A DNA stretch of 64,000 nucleotides from Tubulanus polymorphus (taxonomy: Eukaryota > Animalia > Nemertea): assembly GCF_964204645.1 (NCBI RefSeq), contig NC_134028.1, positions 19,661,653 to 19,725,652 on the forward strand, given 5' to 3'. The position numbers and the translations under genes are program-made. Below the pieces are notes generated by a model. The model saw nothing but the letters and a program-made list of their open reading frames with translations. It ran no database searches and was not told the origin of the DNA. Below, piece by piece: positions 1 through 12,100 of the stretch. Each line of letters opens with the position of its first letter. Position 1 is the stretch's first letter.

Positions 1-57
1 CTTGATTCAAAGTTCCCCTGTATTCTGTACCCAACGTAGTCGTTTTGCATTCTTTCA
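1..57 (-). CDS. Kringle exon K0 (partial, cut by window edge)
   Basis: Acceptor AG at 58-59 (minus); encodes [19 protein letters not shown]. Confidence 0.85.
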
Positions 58-101
58 CTGAAATTTGTCACGGCGTAGGATATTAACTCAGAAATACAAC
101 T

Positions 102-142
<41 letters not shown>

Positions 143-3100
143 TAATAATAATAAAAATAAAAATGAAAATGAAAATAAAAATGAAAATAAAAATGAAAAT
201 GAAAATAAAAATGATAATAATAATAAATAATAATGATAATAAAGATAATGATAATGATAATAATGAAAATAATGATAATAATGAAAATAATGAAAATAAT
301 GAAAATAATGAAAATAATGAAAATAATGAAAATAATGAAAATAATGAAAATGAAAATAATGAAAATAAAAATGAAAATAATGAAAATGAAAACAATGAAA
401 ATGAAAATAATGAAAATGAAAATGAAAATAATGAAAATGAAAATAATGAAAATGAAAATGAAAATAATGAAAACGAAAATAATGAAAATGAAAATAATGA
501 AAATGAAAATGAAAATAATGAAAATGAAAATAATGAAAATGAAAATGAAAATAATGAAAATGAAAATGAAAATAATGAAAATGAAAATAATGAAAATGAA
601 AATGAAAATAATGAAAATGAAAATGAAATGAAAATAATGAAAATGAAAATAATGAAAATGAAAATGAAAATAATGAAAATGAAAATAATGAAAATGAAAA
701 TAATGAAAATGAAAATAATGAAAATGAAAATAATGAAAATAATGAAAATAATGAAAATAATGAAAATGAAAATAATGAAAATAAAAATGAAAATAATGAA
801 AATGAAAACAATGAAAATGAAAATAATGAAAATGAAAATGAAAATAATGAAAATGAAAATAATGAAAATGAAAATGAAAATAATGAAAACGAAAATAATG
901 AAAATGAAAATAATGAAAATGAAAATGAAAATAATGAAAATGAAAATAATGAAAATGAAAATGAAAATAATGAAAATGAAAATGAAAATAATGAAAATGA
1001 AAATAATGAAAATGAAAATGAAAATAATGAAAATGAAAATGAAATGAAAATAATGAAAATGAAAATAATGAAAATGAAAATGAAAATAATGAAAATGAAA
1101 ATAATGAAAATGAAAATGAAAATAATGAAAATGAAAATAATGAAAATGAAAATAATGAAAATGAAAATAATGAAAATGAAAATAATGAAAATAATAATGA
1201 AAATAATAATGAAAATAATAATGAAAATAATGAAAATAATGAAAATAATGAAAATAATGAAAATGAAAATAATGAAAATGAAAATATTGTTTCGCGCTCG
1301 ACCTGCAACAGTACTAGTGCCACAAACTATTACCGAATGTTGGATTGAAAACGATCATGGAGTGGTCTCATCGTTTACAGGAGGTTTTATCCGTAACGGT
1401 AAAAAGCAAGCCGGTGCTTATGGGCGGTGAAATCGAGGATGACGTCATCGAAACCGACGAGAGCCAATTTGGAAAGAAACGCAAGTACCACCGCGGCATA
1501 GCGTGCAAAAAACATGGTTGGGTATTCGGGCTAGTTGAGCGTGGAACCCGTAACATCCATCTGGAAATAGTGAACGATAGGAGTGCAGCGACTTTGACCC
1601 CTATTATTCAGCGAACAGTAGCGCGTGGTGCCACAATCTATTCGGACATGTGGGTATCATATGCAGGCCTTGACAATGTCGGTTACAAACATGGTACCGT
1701 GAACCATACAAAATCATTTAAGTCCGAAGAGGGTGTCGCCACCAATATGATCGAAGGTGTTTGGGGCAATGTGAAACAATAAGTGGTAGGCAGAAAAGGG
1801 TGTGTATCATCTATGTTGGGAAACTACTTAGACGAGTTCACATATCGATTCAGATTCGGGGGTGAACATGGCGATATATATGGTCAGATATTCACGGATA
1901 TTGGTATTGTGTACCCCAACAATAGCGTGACAACAATTCAATTGAATGACATGTATGCACATATTCGTCAATAGTGAATTCTTATTTACAATTTGTAACT
2001 GTAATGTGTTGTTATTTCGTTTTATTTCATCGGGACCTTGCTACCAGGACACGTTCTAGTGTCGAGGGCATTATAATCAGTCGACAGAATTCAATGCACA
2101 GTAATGTCGAAATTTTCGCCGCAGTCTGTGCAGAAACTGTACAAGGCAGCGTTTTCAATTCAATTTGATTGGGAAACAATGCTTAGTAAGGAGTTATACG
2201 AGTACATGGAGGCAATGGAGAAAGCATGCAACTGTCACATGACTATGTCCCTTAGCGCGCTGATATCCGTGGTTGCGGCGTTAGTTGGACCGGAGACGAA
2301 GATCGTCCAGTCGGCCAGTCATCCAGTCGGCCAGTCATCCGGTCAACCAGTCATCCAGTCGGCCGGTCGTCCAGTCGGCCAGTCATCCACTCGGCCGGTC
2401 CTCCAGTCACCCAGTATACCATGTAAATAATGAAGAACCGAATCACTACCAACCTATCGAATATGTTCCTACACCTTTGCACTATTACTCCGTATTCTAC
2501 ACTTGGGCCGAACATCTCAGCAGCTACAATTTCGCAATTGATCGTGGTAACAAAATATGCACAGGTACGAATATAATATCGAAATACTAAGTTATTGTAT
2601 TATTCAACGCCCCTGCGTATGGAAATAAAAACCACAACAGGTGTCAGTTGTCCAAATGTGAGTTGAACTTTGCTTAAACTGTGGATAATTGACGAAGTGA
2701 AAATGAAACTAAATTGTCACCGTAGTATTATCAGAAGCCTGATTCAAAAAGGTTTTGTGAGTAAAAACATAGTTATACTACTGTGTCAATTGTCGCTGTG
2801 GCATTCATTCCCAGTTAATTTCAATCAAATTCTTAGCAACTTGCCCCTGATGATCCTGACCAAACACTGTGTCCGTGTTGGAGCGATAGTGGACATCTCA
2901 CAATACAGAAAAGAAAAATAAGTCTGGAAGCTTTTCTTGAGCTTTACATTATTCCGACATTTTACTTCTTTGGGGAATACTGAAAAGTTCCTGAAGATGA
3001 CTAATAGGATACAGTAAAATGTCAAATGAAGAGAAAACTCGAGAATTAATATTTCTTTTCTGTATTGTGGGATATTTACCGCATTATGGCCGCAGACAAT

Positions 3101-6100
3101 AAACTATACTTACAGCAAACTTTTTAGCTACTGGCCTCATGACAGAGAATATATTTACCTGGACAACTTCTTACGTCGCAGTATTCCCAACGTACCGCGG
3201 GATCAGTGGTGTAACACCAGGGTCCTCCTGTTGTATTGTCGGGGTTCCTACAATAATTCGCAGCCGTATTCCGGTCGGAGAGCATATTGTAACGGCCATG
3301 GTTGTGAGGTGATCGAGAATTCCAGGCTTGACACGTTTTTCCGGATCGCGCTTGATTCAAAGTTCCCCTGTATTCTCTACCCAACGTAGTCGTTTTGCAT
3401 TCTTTGACTGAAATTTGTCACGGCGTAGGATGTTAACTCAGAAATACAACTACATTAACTAAACAAGAGCGCATTTGTTTGTCCGTTGTGGCCAGGGAAT
3501 TATCCGAAAATATCTCTTAAACGCACAAATCGACATACAGAAACCTTTCATTGTCATATGAATCACTTATCATGAGGAAATGACAGAATGAGGATTTTGT
3601 TTGTAGGTTCAGTTTTGCTTTCAGATGTCGTTATTGGTTGGCCACATGCAATGTCTTCAAAATAATAATGTGCGTATGAAAGTAACTAGGAGTCCAGGGA
3701 CACCATACATACTTGGAAAGTGGTTTCAAATGCTCAACAATCTAACAATTCTCAGTTCAACTCCCCTGGGGCCAGTTGCACAGTCGTGACTTAAGTCCAA
3801 AAGTGGTCTTAAATCTTAAGACTGGTCTTAAGTTGTTAGATTGGCTATAGAACTAAGTTGGTCTTAAACTGGTCTTAAATCTAAGTCATGACTATGCAAC
3901 CGGCCCCTGGTGACCATATACAAAAACCAATGACCTCGAAACTCACCACAATCATTGAACATGTCAGCAGCTACAATTTCGCAATCGATCGTGGTAACAA
4001 AATATGCACAGGTACGAATATAATATCGAAATACTAAGTTATTGTATTATTCAACGCCCCTGCGTATGAAAATAAAAACCACAACAGGTGTCAGTTGTCC
4101 AAATGTGAGTTGAACTTTGCTTAAACTGTGGATAATTGACGAAGTGAAAATAAAACTAAATTGTTACCGTAGTATTATCAGAAGCCTGATTCAAAAAGGT
4201 TTTGTGAGTAAAAACATAGTTATACTACTGTGTCAATTGTCGCTGTGGCATTCATTCCCAGTTAATTTCAATCAAATTCTTAGCAACTTGCCCCTGATGA
4301 TCCTGACCAAACACTGTGTCCGTGTTGGAGCGATAGTGGACATCTCACAATACAGAAAAGAAAAATAAGTCTGGAAGCTTTTCTTGAGCTTTACATTATT
4401 CCGACATTTTACTTCTTTGGGGAATACTGAAAAGTTCCTGAAGATGACTAATAGGATACAGTAAAATGTCAAATGAAGAGAAAACTCGAGAATTAATATT
4501 TCTTTTCTGTATTGTAGGATCTTTACCGCATTATGGCCGCAGACAGTTAACTATACTTTCAGCAACCTTTTAAGCTACTAGCCTCATGACTTCCACAGTT
4601 GTGCCAGGTTTCCCTTGACAATGACAGAGAATATACTTACCTGGACATATTTTTACGTCGCAGTATTCCCAACGTACCGCGGCATCAGTGGTATAACACC
4701 AGGGTCCTCCTGTTGTATTGTCGGGGTTCCTACAATAATTCGCAGCCGTATTCCGGTCGGAGAGCATATTGTAACGGCCATGTTTGTGAGGTGATCGAGA
4801 ATTCCAGGCTTGGCACGTTTTCCCGGATCGCACTTGATTCAAAGTTCCCCTGTATTCTCTACCCATCGTTGTCATTTTGCATTCTTTAACTGAAATTTGT
4901 CACGGCGTAGGATGTTAACTAAGAAATATAACTACATTAACTAAACGAGAGTGCATTTGTTTGTCCGTTGTGGCCAGTGAATTAATTATCCGAAAATATC
5001 TCTTTAACGCACAAATCGACAAACAGAAACTTCAATTGTCATTTGAATCACTTATCGTGTGGAAATGATAAAATAAGGCTGTTGTTCGTACGTTCAGTTG
5101 TGGTAGGCAAAACAAGTTTTGCTGTCTTGCTTTCAGATGTCGTTATTGGTTGGCCACATGCAATGTCTTCAGAATAATAGTGTGCGTATGAAAGTAAGTA
5201 GGAGTCCAGGGACACCATACCCACTTGGAAATTGGTTTCAAATGCTCAACAATCTAACAATTCCAATGTTCAACTCCCCTGGTGACCATATACAAAAACC
5301 AATGACCTGGACACTCACCACAATCATAGAACATCTCAACAGCTACAATTTCGCAATTGATCGTGGTAACAAAATATGCACAGGTACGAATATAATATCG
5401 AAATACTAAGTTATTGTATTATTTAACGCCGTGCGAATGAAAGTAAAAACCACAACAGGTGTCGGTTGTCCAAAAGTGAGTTGAACGTTGCTTAAACTGT
5501 GGATAATTGACGTAGTGAAAATGAAACTAAATTGTTACCGTAGTATTATCAGAAGCCTGATTCAAAAAGGTTTTGTGAGTAAAAACATAGTTATACTACT
5601 GTGTCAATTGTCGCTGTGGCATTCATTCCCAGTTAATCTCAATCAAATTCTTAGCAACTTGCCCCTGATGATCCTGACCAAACACTGTGTCCGTGTTAAA
5701 GCGATAGTGAACATCTCACAATACAGAAAAGAAAAATAAGTCTGGAAGCTTTTCTTGAGCTATACATTATTCCGACATTTTACTTCTTTGGGGAATACTG
5801 AAAAGTTCCTGAAGATGACTAATAGGATACAGTAAAATGTCAAATGAAGAGAAAACTCGAGAATTAATTTTTCTTTTTTGTATTGTGGGATCTTTACCGC
5901 ATTATGGCCGCAGACAGTTAACTATACTTTCAGCAAACTTTTAAGCTACTAGCCTCATGATTTCCACAGTTCTGCCAGGTTTCCCTTGACAATGACAGAC
6001 AATATACTTACCTGGACATATTTTTACGTCGCAGTATTCCCAACGTACCGCGGCATCAGTGGTATAACACCAGGGTCCTCCTGTTGTATTGTCGGGGTTC

Positions 6101-9100
6101 CTACAATAATTCGCAGCCGTATTCCGGTCGGAGAGCATATTGTAACGGTCATGTTTGTGAGGTGATCGAGAATTCCAGGCTTGGCACGTTTTCCCGGATC
6201 GCACTTGATTCAAAGTTCCCCTGTATTCTCTACCCATCGTAGTCATTTTGCATTCTTTAACTGAAATTTGTCACGGCGTAGAATGTTAACTAAGAAATAT
6301 AACTACATTAACTAAACGAGAGTGCATTTGTTTGTCTGTTGTGGCCAGTGAATTATCCGAAAATATCTCTTTAACGCACAAATCGACATATAGAAACTTC
6401 AATTGTCATAGGAATCACTTATCGTGTGGAAATGATAAAATGAGGATGTTGTTTAGAGGTTCAGTTTTGGTAGGCAAAACAAGTTTTGCTGTCTTGCTTT
6501 CAGATGTCGTTATTGGTTGGCCACATGCAATGTCTTCAGAATAATAGTGTGCGTATGAAAGTAAGTAGGAGTCCAGGGACACCATACCCACTTGGAAAGT
6601 GGTTTCAAATGCTCAACAATCTAACAATTCCAATGGTCAACTCCCCTGGTGACCATATACAAAAACCAATGACCTGGAAACTCACCACAATCATAGAACA
6701 TCTGGCCCAAGTGTAGAATCCGGTTAAGTAGTTCCAGTACAAATGCTATATTGATATCCCTCCGCGAAAAGGAGTATATACGCTAGATGACTGAATGACT
6801 GGTTGATTGGATGACTGGACGACCGGTCGACTGGATGACTGGTTGACTGGATGACTGGATGACTGGATGACTGGTTGACTGGATGACTGGACGACCGGCC
6901 AACTGGATGACTGGACGACCGGCTGACTGGACGACTGGTCGACTGAATGACCAGCTGACTGGGCGACCGGCCGACTGGTCGACTGGATGACTGTATGATT
7001 GGAGGACTGGTCGACTGGCCGACTGGTCGACTGGATAACTATGATCGGAGGACTGGTCGACTGGCCGACTGGTCGATTCGATGACTGAATGACCGTGGTG
7101 ACCGGCCGACTAGATGACTGGATGACTGGGTGATCTGGGGACTGGTCGACTGGTCGAATGAGCAAGTAGGCATTTGTGTTATAGCCATGGAAAGTTCCAG
7201 ACCTGTTGCGCCTGGAGTTGTTGAATTCGTCCAAACAATAACTGGTAGTTTGGATAAAACGATCAAGTTTCTTCAGGATAACAATATAATTTGAAGCGCA
7301 GCTCTCACTGCATTTACTGCTCTTGTGATATGAACTGAAAGTTAACCTGTCGAATTGGGTTTGCGGAATATGTGCCAGTAAACAATCTGTCCGGAAAGGC
7401 TAATTTTTCTCGAATTCAAATGTCAAACTGCAAAATCTGGTTATGATAGTGTATTGTTTCGCGCTCGACCTGCAACAGTACTAGTGCCACGAACTATTAC
7501 CGAATGTTGGATTGAAAACGATCATGGAGTGGTCTCATCGTTTACAGGAGGTTTTATCCGTAACGGTAAAAAGCAAGCCGGTGCTTATGGGCGGTGAAAT
7601 CGAGGATGACGTCATCGAAACCGACGAGAGCCAATTTGGAAAGAAACGCAAGTACCACCGCGGCATAGCGTGCAAAAACATGGTTGGGTATTCGGGCTAG
7701 TTGAGCGTGGAACCCGTAACATCCATCTGGAAATAGTGAACGATAGGAGTGCAGCGACTTTGACCCCTATTATTCAGCGAACAGTAGCGCGTGGTGCCAC
7801 AATCTATTCGGACATGTGGGCATCATATGCAGGCCTTGACAATGTCGGTTACAAACATGGTACCGTGAACCATACAAAATCATTTAAGTCCGAAGAGGGT
7901 GTCGCCACCAATATGATCGAAGGTGTTTGGGGCAATGTGAAACAATAAGTGGTAGGCAGAAAAGGGTGTGTATCATCTATGTTGGGAAACTACTTAGACG
8001 AGTTCACATATCGATTCAGATTCGGGGGTGAACATGGCGATATATATGGTCAGATATTCACGGATATTGGTATTGTGTACCCCCACAATAGCGTGACAAC
8101 AATTCAATTGAATGACATGTATGCACATATTCGTCAATAGTGAATTCTTATTTACAATTTGTAACTGTAATGTGTTGTTATTTCGTTTTATTTCATCGGG
8201 ACCTTGCTACCAGGACACGTTCTAGTGTCGAGGGCATTATAATCAGTCGACAGAATTCAATGCACAGTAATGTCGAAATTTTCGCCGCAGTCTGTGCAGA
8301 AACTGTACAAGGCAGCGTTTTCAATTCAATTTGATTGGGAAACAATGCTTAGTAAGGAGTTATACGAGTACATGGAGGCAATGGAGAAAGCATGCAACTG
8401 TCACATGACTATGTCCCTTAGCGCGCTGATATCCGTGGTTGCGGCGTTAGTTGGACCGGAGACGAAGATCGTCCAGTCGGCCAGTCATCCAGTCGGCCAG
8501 TCATCCGGTCAACCAGTCATCCAGTCGGCCGGTCGTCCAGTCGGCCAGTCATCCACTCGGCCGGTCCTCCAGTCACCCAGTATACCATGTAAATAATGAA
8601 GAACCGAATCACTACCAACCTATCGAATATGTTCCTACACCTTTGCACTATTACTCCGTATTCTACACTTGGGCCGAACATCTCAGCAGCTACAATTTCG
8701 CAATTGATCGTGGTAACAAAATATGCACAGGTACGAATATAATATCGAAATACTAAGTTATTGTATTATTCAACGCCCCTGCGTATGAAAATAAAAACCA
8801 CAACAGGTGTCAGTTGTCCAAATGTGAGTTGAACTTTGCTTAAACTGTGGATAATTGACGAAGTGAAAATAAAACTAAATTGTTACCGTAGTATTATCAG
8901 AAGCCTGATTCAAAAAGGTTTTGTGAGTAAAAACATAGTTATACTACTGTGTCAATTGTCGCTGTGGCATTCATTCCCAGTTAATTTCAATCAAATTCTT
9001 AGCAACTTGCCCCTGATGATCCTGACCAAACACTGTGTCCGTGTTGGAGCGATAGTGGACATCTCACAATACAGAAAAGAAAAATAAGTCTGGAAGCTTT

Positions 9101-12100
9101 TCTTGAGCTTTACATTATTCCGACATTTTACTTCTTTGGGGAATACTGAAAAGTTCCTGAAGATGACTAATAGGATACAGTAAAATGTCAAATGAAGAGA
9201 AAACTCGAGAATTAATATTTCTTTTCTGTATTGTAGGATCTTTACCGCATTATGGCCGCAGACAGTTAACTATACTTTCAGCAACCTTTTAAGCTACTAG
9301 CCTCATGACTTCCACAGTTGTGCCAGGTTTCCCTTGACAATGACAGAGAATATACTTACCTGGACATATTTTTACGTCGCAGTATTCCCAACGTACCGCG
9401 GCATCAGTGGTATAACACCAGGGTCCTCCTGTTGTATTGTCGGGGTTCCTACAATAATTCGCAGCCGTATTCCGGTCGGAGAGCATATTGTAACGGCCAT
9501 GTTTGTGAGGTGATCGAGAATTCCAGGCTTGGCACGTTTTCCCGGATCGCACTTGATTCAAAGTTCCCCTGTATTCTCTACCCATCGTTGTCATTTTGCA
9601 TTCTTTAACTGAAATTTGTCACGGCGTAGGATGTTAACTAAGAAATATAACTACATTAACTAAACGAGAGTGCATTTGTTTGTCCGTTGTGGCCAGTGAA
9701 TTAATTATCCGAAAATATCTCTTTAACGCACAAATCGACAAACAGAAACTTCAATTGTCATTTGAATCACTTATCGTGTGGAAATGATAAAATAAGGATG
9801 TTGTTCGTACGTTCAGTTGTGGTAGGCAAAACAAGTTTTGCTGTCTTGCTTTCAGATGTCGTTATTGGTTGGCCACATGCAATGTCTTCAGAATAATAGT
9901 GTGCGTATGAAAGTAAGTAGGAGTCCAGGGACACCATACCCACTTGGAAAGTGGTTTCAAATGCTCAACAATCTAACAATTCCAATGTTCAACTCCCCTG
10001 GTGACCATATACAAAAACCAATGACCTGGACACTCACCACAATCATAGAACATCTCAACAGCTACAATTTCGCAATTGATCGTGGTAACAAAATATGCAC
10101 AGGTACGAATATAATATCGAAATACTAAGTTATTGTATTATTTAACGCCGTGCGAATGAAAGTAAAAACCACAACAGGTGTCGGTTGTCCAAAAGTGAGT
10201 TGAACGTTGCTTAAACTGTGGATAATTGACGTAGTGAAAATGAAACTAAATTGTTACCGTAGTATTATCAGAAGCCTGATTCAAAAAGGTTTTGTGAGTA
10301 AAAACATAGTTATACTACTGTGTCAATTGTCGCTGTGGCATTCATTCCCAGTTAATCTCAATCAAATTCTTAGCAACTTGCCCCTGATGATCCTGACCAA
10401 ACACTGTGTCCGTGTTAAAGCGATAGTGAACATCTCACAATACAGAAAAGAAAAATAAGTCTGGAAGCTTTTCTTGAGCTATACATTATTCCGACATTTT
10501 ACTTCTTTGGGGAATACTGAAAAGTTCCTGAAGATGACTAATAGGATACAGTAAAATGTCAAATGAAGAGAAAACTCGAGAATTAATTTTTCTTTTCTGT
10601 ATTGTGGGATATTTACCGCATTATGGCCGCAGACAATAAACTATACTTACAGCAAACTTTTTAGCTACTGGCCTCATGACAGAGAATATATTTACCTGGA
10701 CAACTTCTTACGTCGCAGTATTCCCAACGTACCGCGGGATCAGTGGTGTAACACCAGGGTCCTCCTGTTGTATTGTCGGGGTTCCTACAATAATTCGCAG
10801 CCGTATTCCGGTCGGAGAGCATATTGTAACGGCCATGGTTGTGAGGTGATCGAGAATTCCAGGCTTGACACGTTTTTCCGGATCACGCTTGATTCAAAGT
10901 TCCCCTGTATTCTCTACCCAACGTAGTCGTTTTGCATTCTTTAACTGAAATTTGTCACGGCGTAGGATGTTAACTCAGAAATACAACTACATTAACTAAA
11001 CAAGAGCGCATTTGTTTGTCCGTTGTGGCCAGGGAATTATCCGAAAATATCTCTTAAACGCACAAATCGACATACAGAAACCTTTCATTGTCATATGAAT
11101 CACTTATCATGAGGAAATGACAGAATGAGGATTTTGTTTGTAGGTTCAGTTTTGCTTTCAGATGTCGTTATTGGTTGGCCACATGCAATGTCATCAAAAT
11201 AATAATGTGCGTATGAAAGTAACTAGGAGTCCAGGGACACCATACATACTTGGAAAGTGGTTTCAAATGCTCAACAATCTAACAATTCTCAGTTCAACTC
11301 CCCTGGGGCCAGTTGCACAGTCGTGACTTAAGTCCAAAAGTGGTCTTAAATCTTAAGACTGGTCTTAAGTTGTTAGATTGGCTATAGAACTAAGTTGGTC
11401 TTAAACTGGTCTTAAATCTAAGTCATGACTATGCAACCGGCCCCTGGTGACCATATACAAAAACCAATGACCTGGAAACTCACCACAATCATAGAACATG
11501 TCAGCAGCTACAATTTCGCAATCGATCGTGGTAACAAAATATGCACAGGTACGAATATAATATCGAAATACTAAGTTATTGTATTATTCAACGCCCCTGC
11601 GTATGAAAGTAAAAACCACAACAGGTGTCAGTTTTCCAAAAGTGAGTTGAACTTTGCTTAAACTGTGGATAATTGACGAAGTGAAAATGAAACTAAATTG
11701 TTACCGTAGTATCATCAGCAGCCTGATTCAAAAAGGTTTTGTGAGTAAAAACATAGTTATACTACTGTGTCAATTGTCGCTGTGGCATTCATTCCCAGTT
11801 AATTTCAATCAAATTCTTAGCAACTTGCCCCTGATGATCCTGACCAAACACTGTGTCCGTGTTGGAGCGATAGTGGACATCTCACAATACAGAAAAGAAA
11901 AAATAAGTCTGGAAGCTTTTCTTGAGCTTTACATTATTCCGACATTTTACTTCTTTGGGGAATACTGAAAAGTTCCTGAAGATGACTAATAGGATACAGT
12001 AAAATGTCAAATGAAGAGAAAACTCGAGAATTAATATTTCTTTTCTGTATTGTGGGATATTTACCGCATTATGGCCGCAGACAATAAACTATACTTACAG

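Larger units (their letters stand above)
6704..8675 (+). mobile_element. Merlin-superfamily DNA transposon (IS1595/IS1016-related), 1972 bp, in a kringle intron
   Basis: 16-bp perfect TIRs GGCCCAAGTGTAGAAT...ATTCTACACTTGGGCC and an 8-bp TSD GAACATCT (6696-6703, 8676-8683); the empty site is seen in sibling intron copies. Inverted subterminal 8-bp repeat arrays (GACTGGAT-like about 6787-7155; CCAGTCAT-like about 8471-8580). Confidence 0.95.

Noticed and set aside
83-1430. Long ORFs (up to 407 aa) of MK/NE/FH/FS repeats
   Set aside because: Translations of the AATGAA microsatellite, which lacks stops in several frames; no evidence of a gene.
6746-7266. QSSSRPV-repeat ORFs
   Set aside because: Translation of the Merlin subterminal 8-bp repeat array.
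7187-8140. Bacterial IS1595 contamination or recent horizontal transfer
   Set aside because: The element sits in a spliceosomal intron with a TSD and was co-duplicated with host units; this fits the eukaryotic Merlin superfamily.
10883-10885. Selenocysteine or readthrough recoding of the kringle TGA
   Set aside because: The position is Arg in all other complete copies, not Cys; a simple CpG transition explains it.
2670-11968. Repeated plus-strand ORFs MLKLWIID... and MLSCFQMS..., and minus-strand MTFYCILL...
   Set aside because: Chance ORFs in the duplicated kringle introns; non-ATG starts, no motifs, and frameshifted in other copies.
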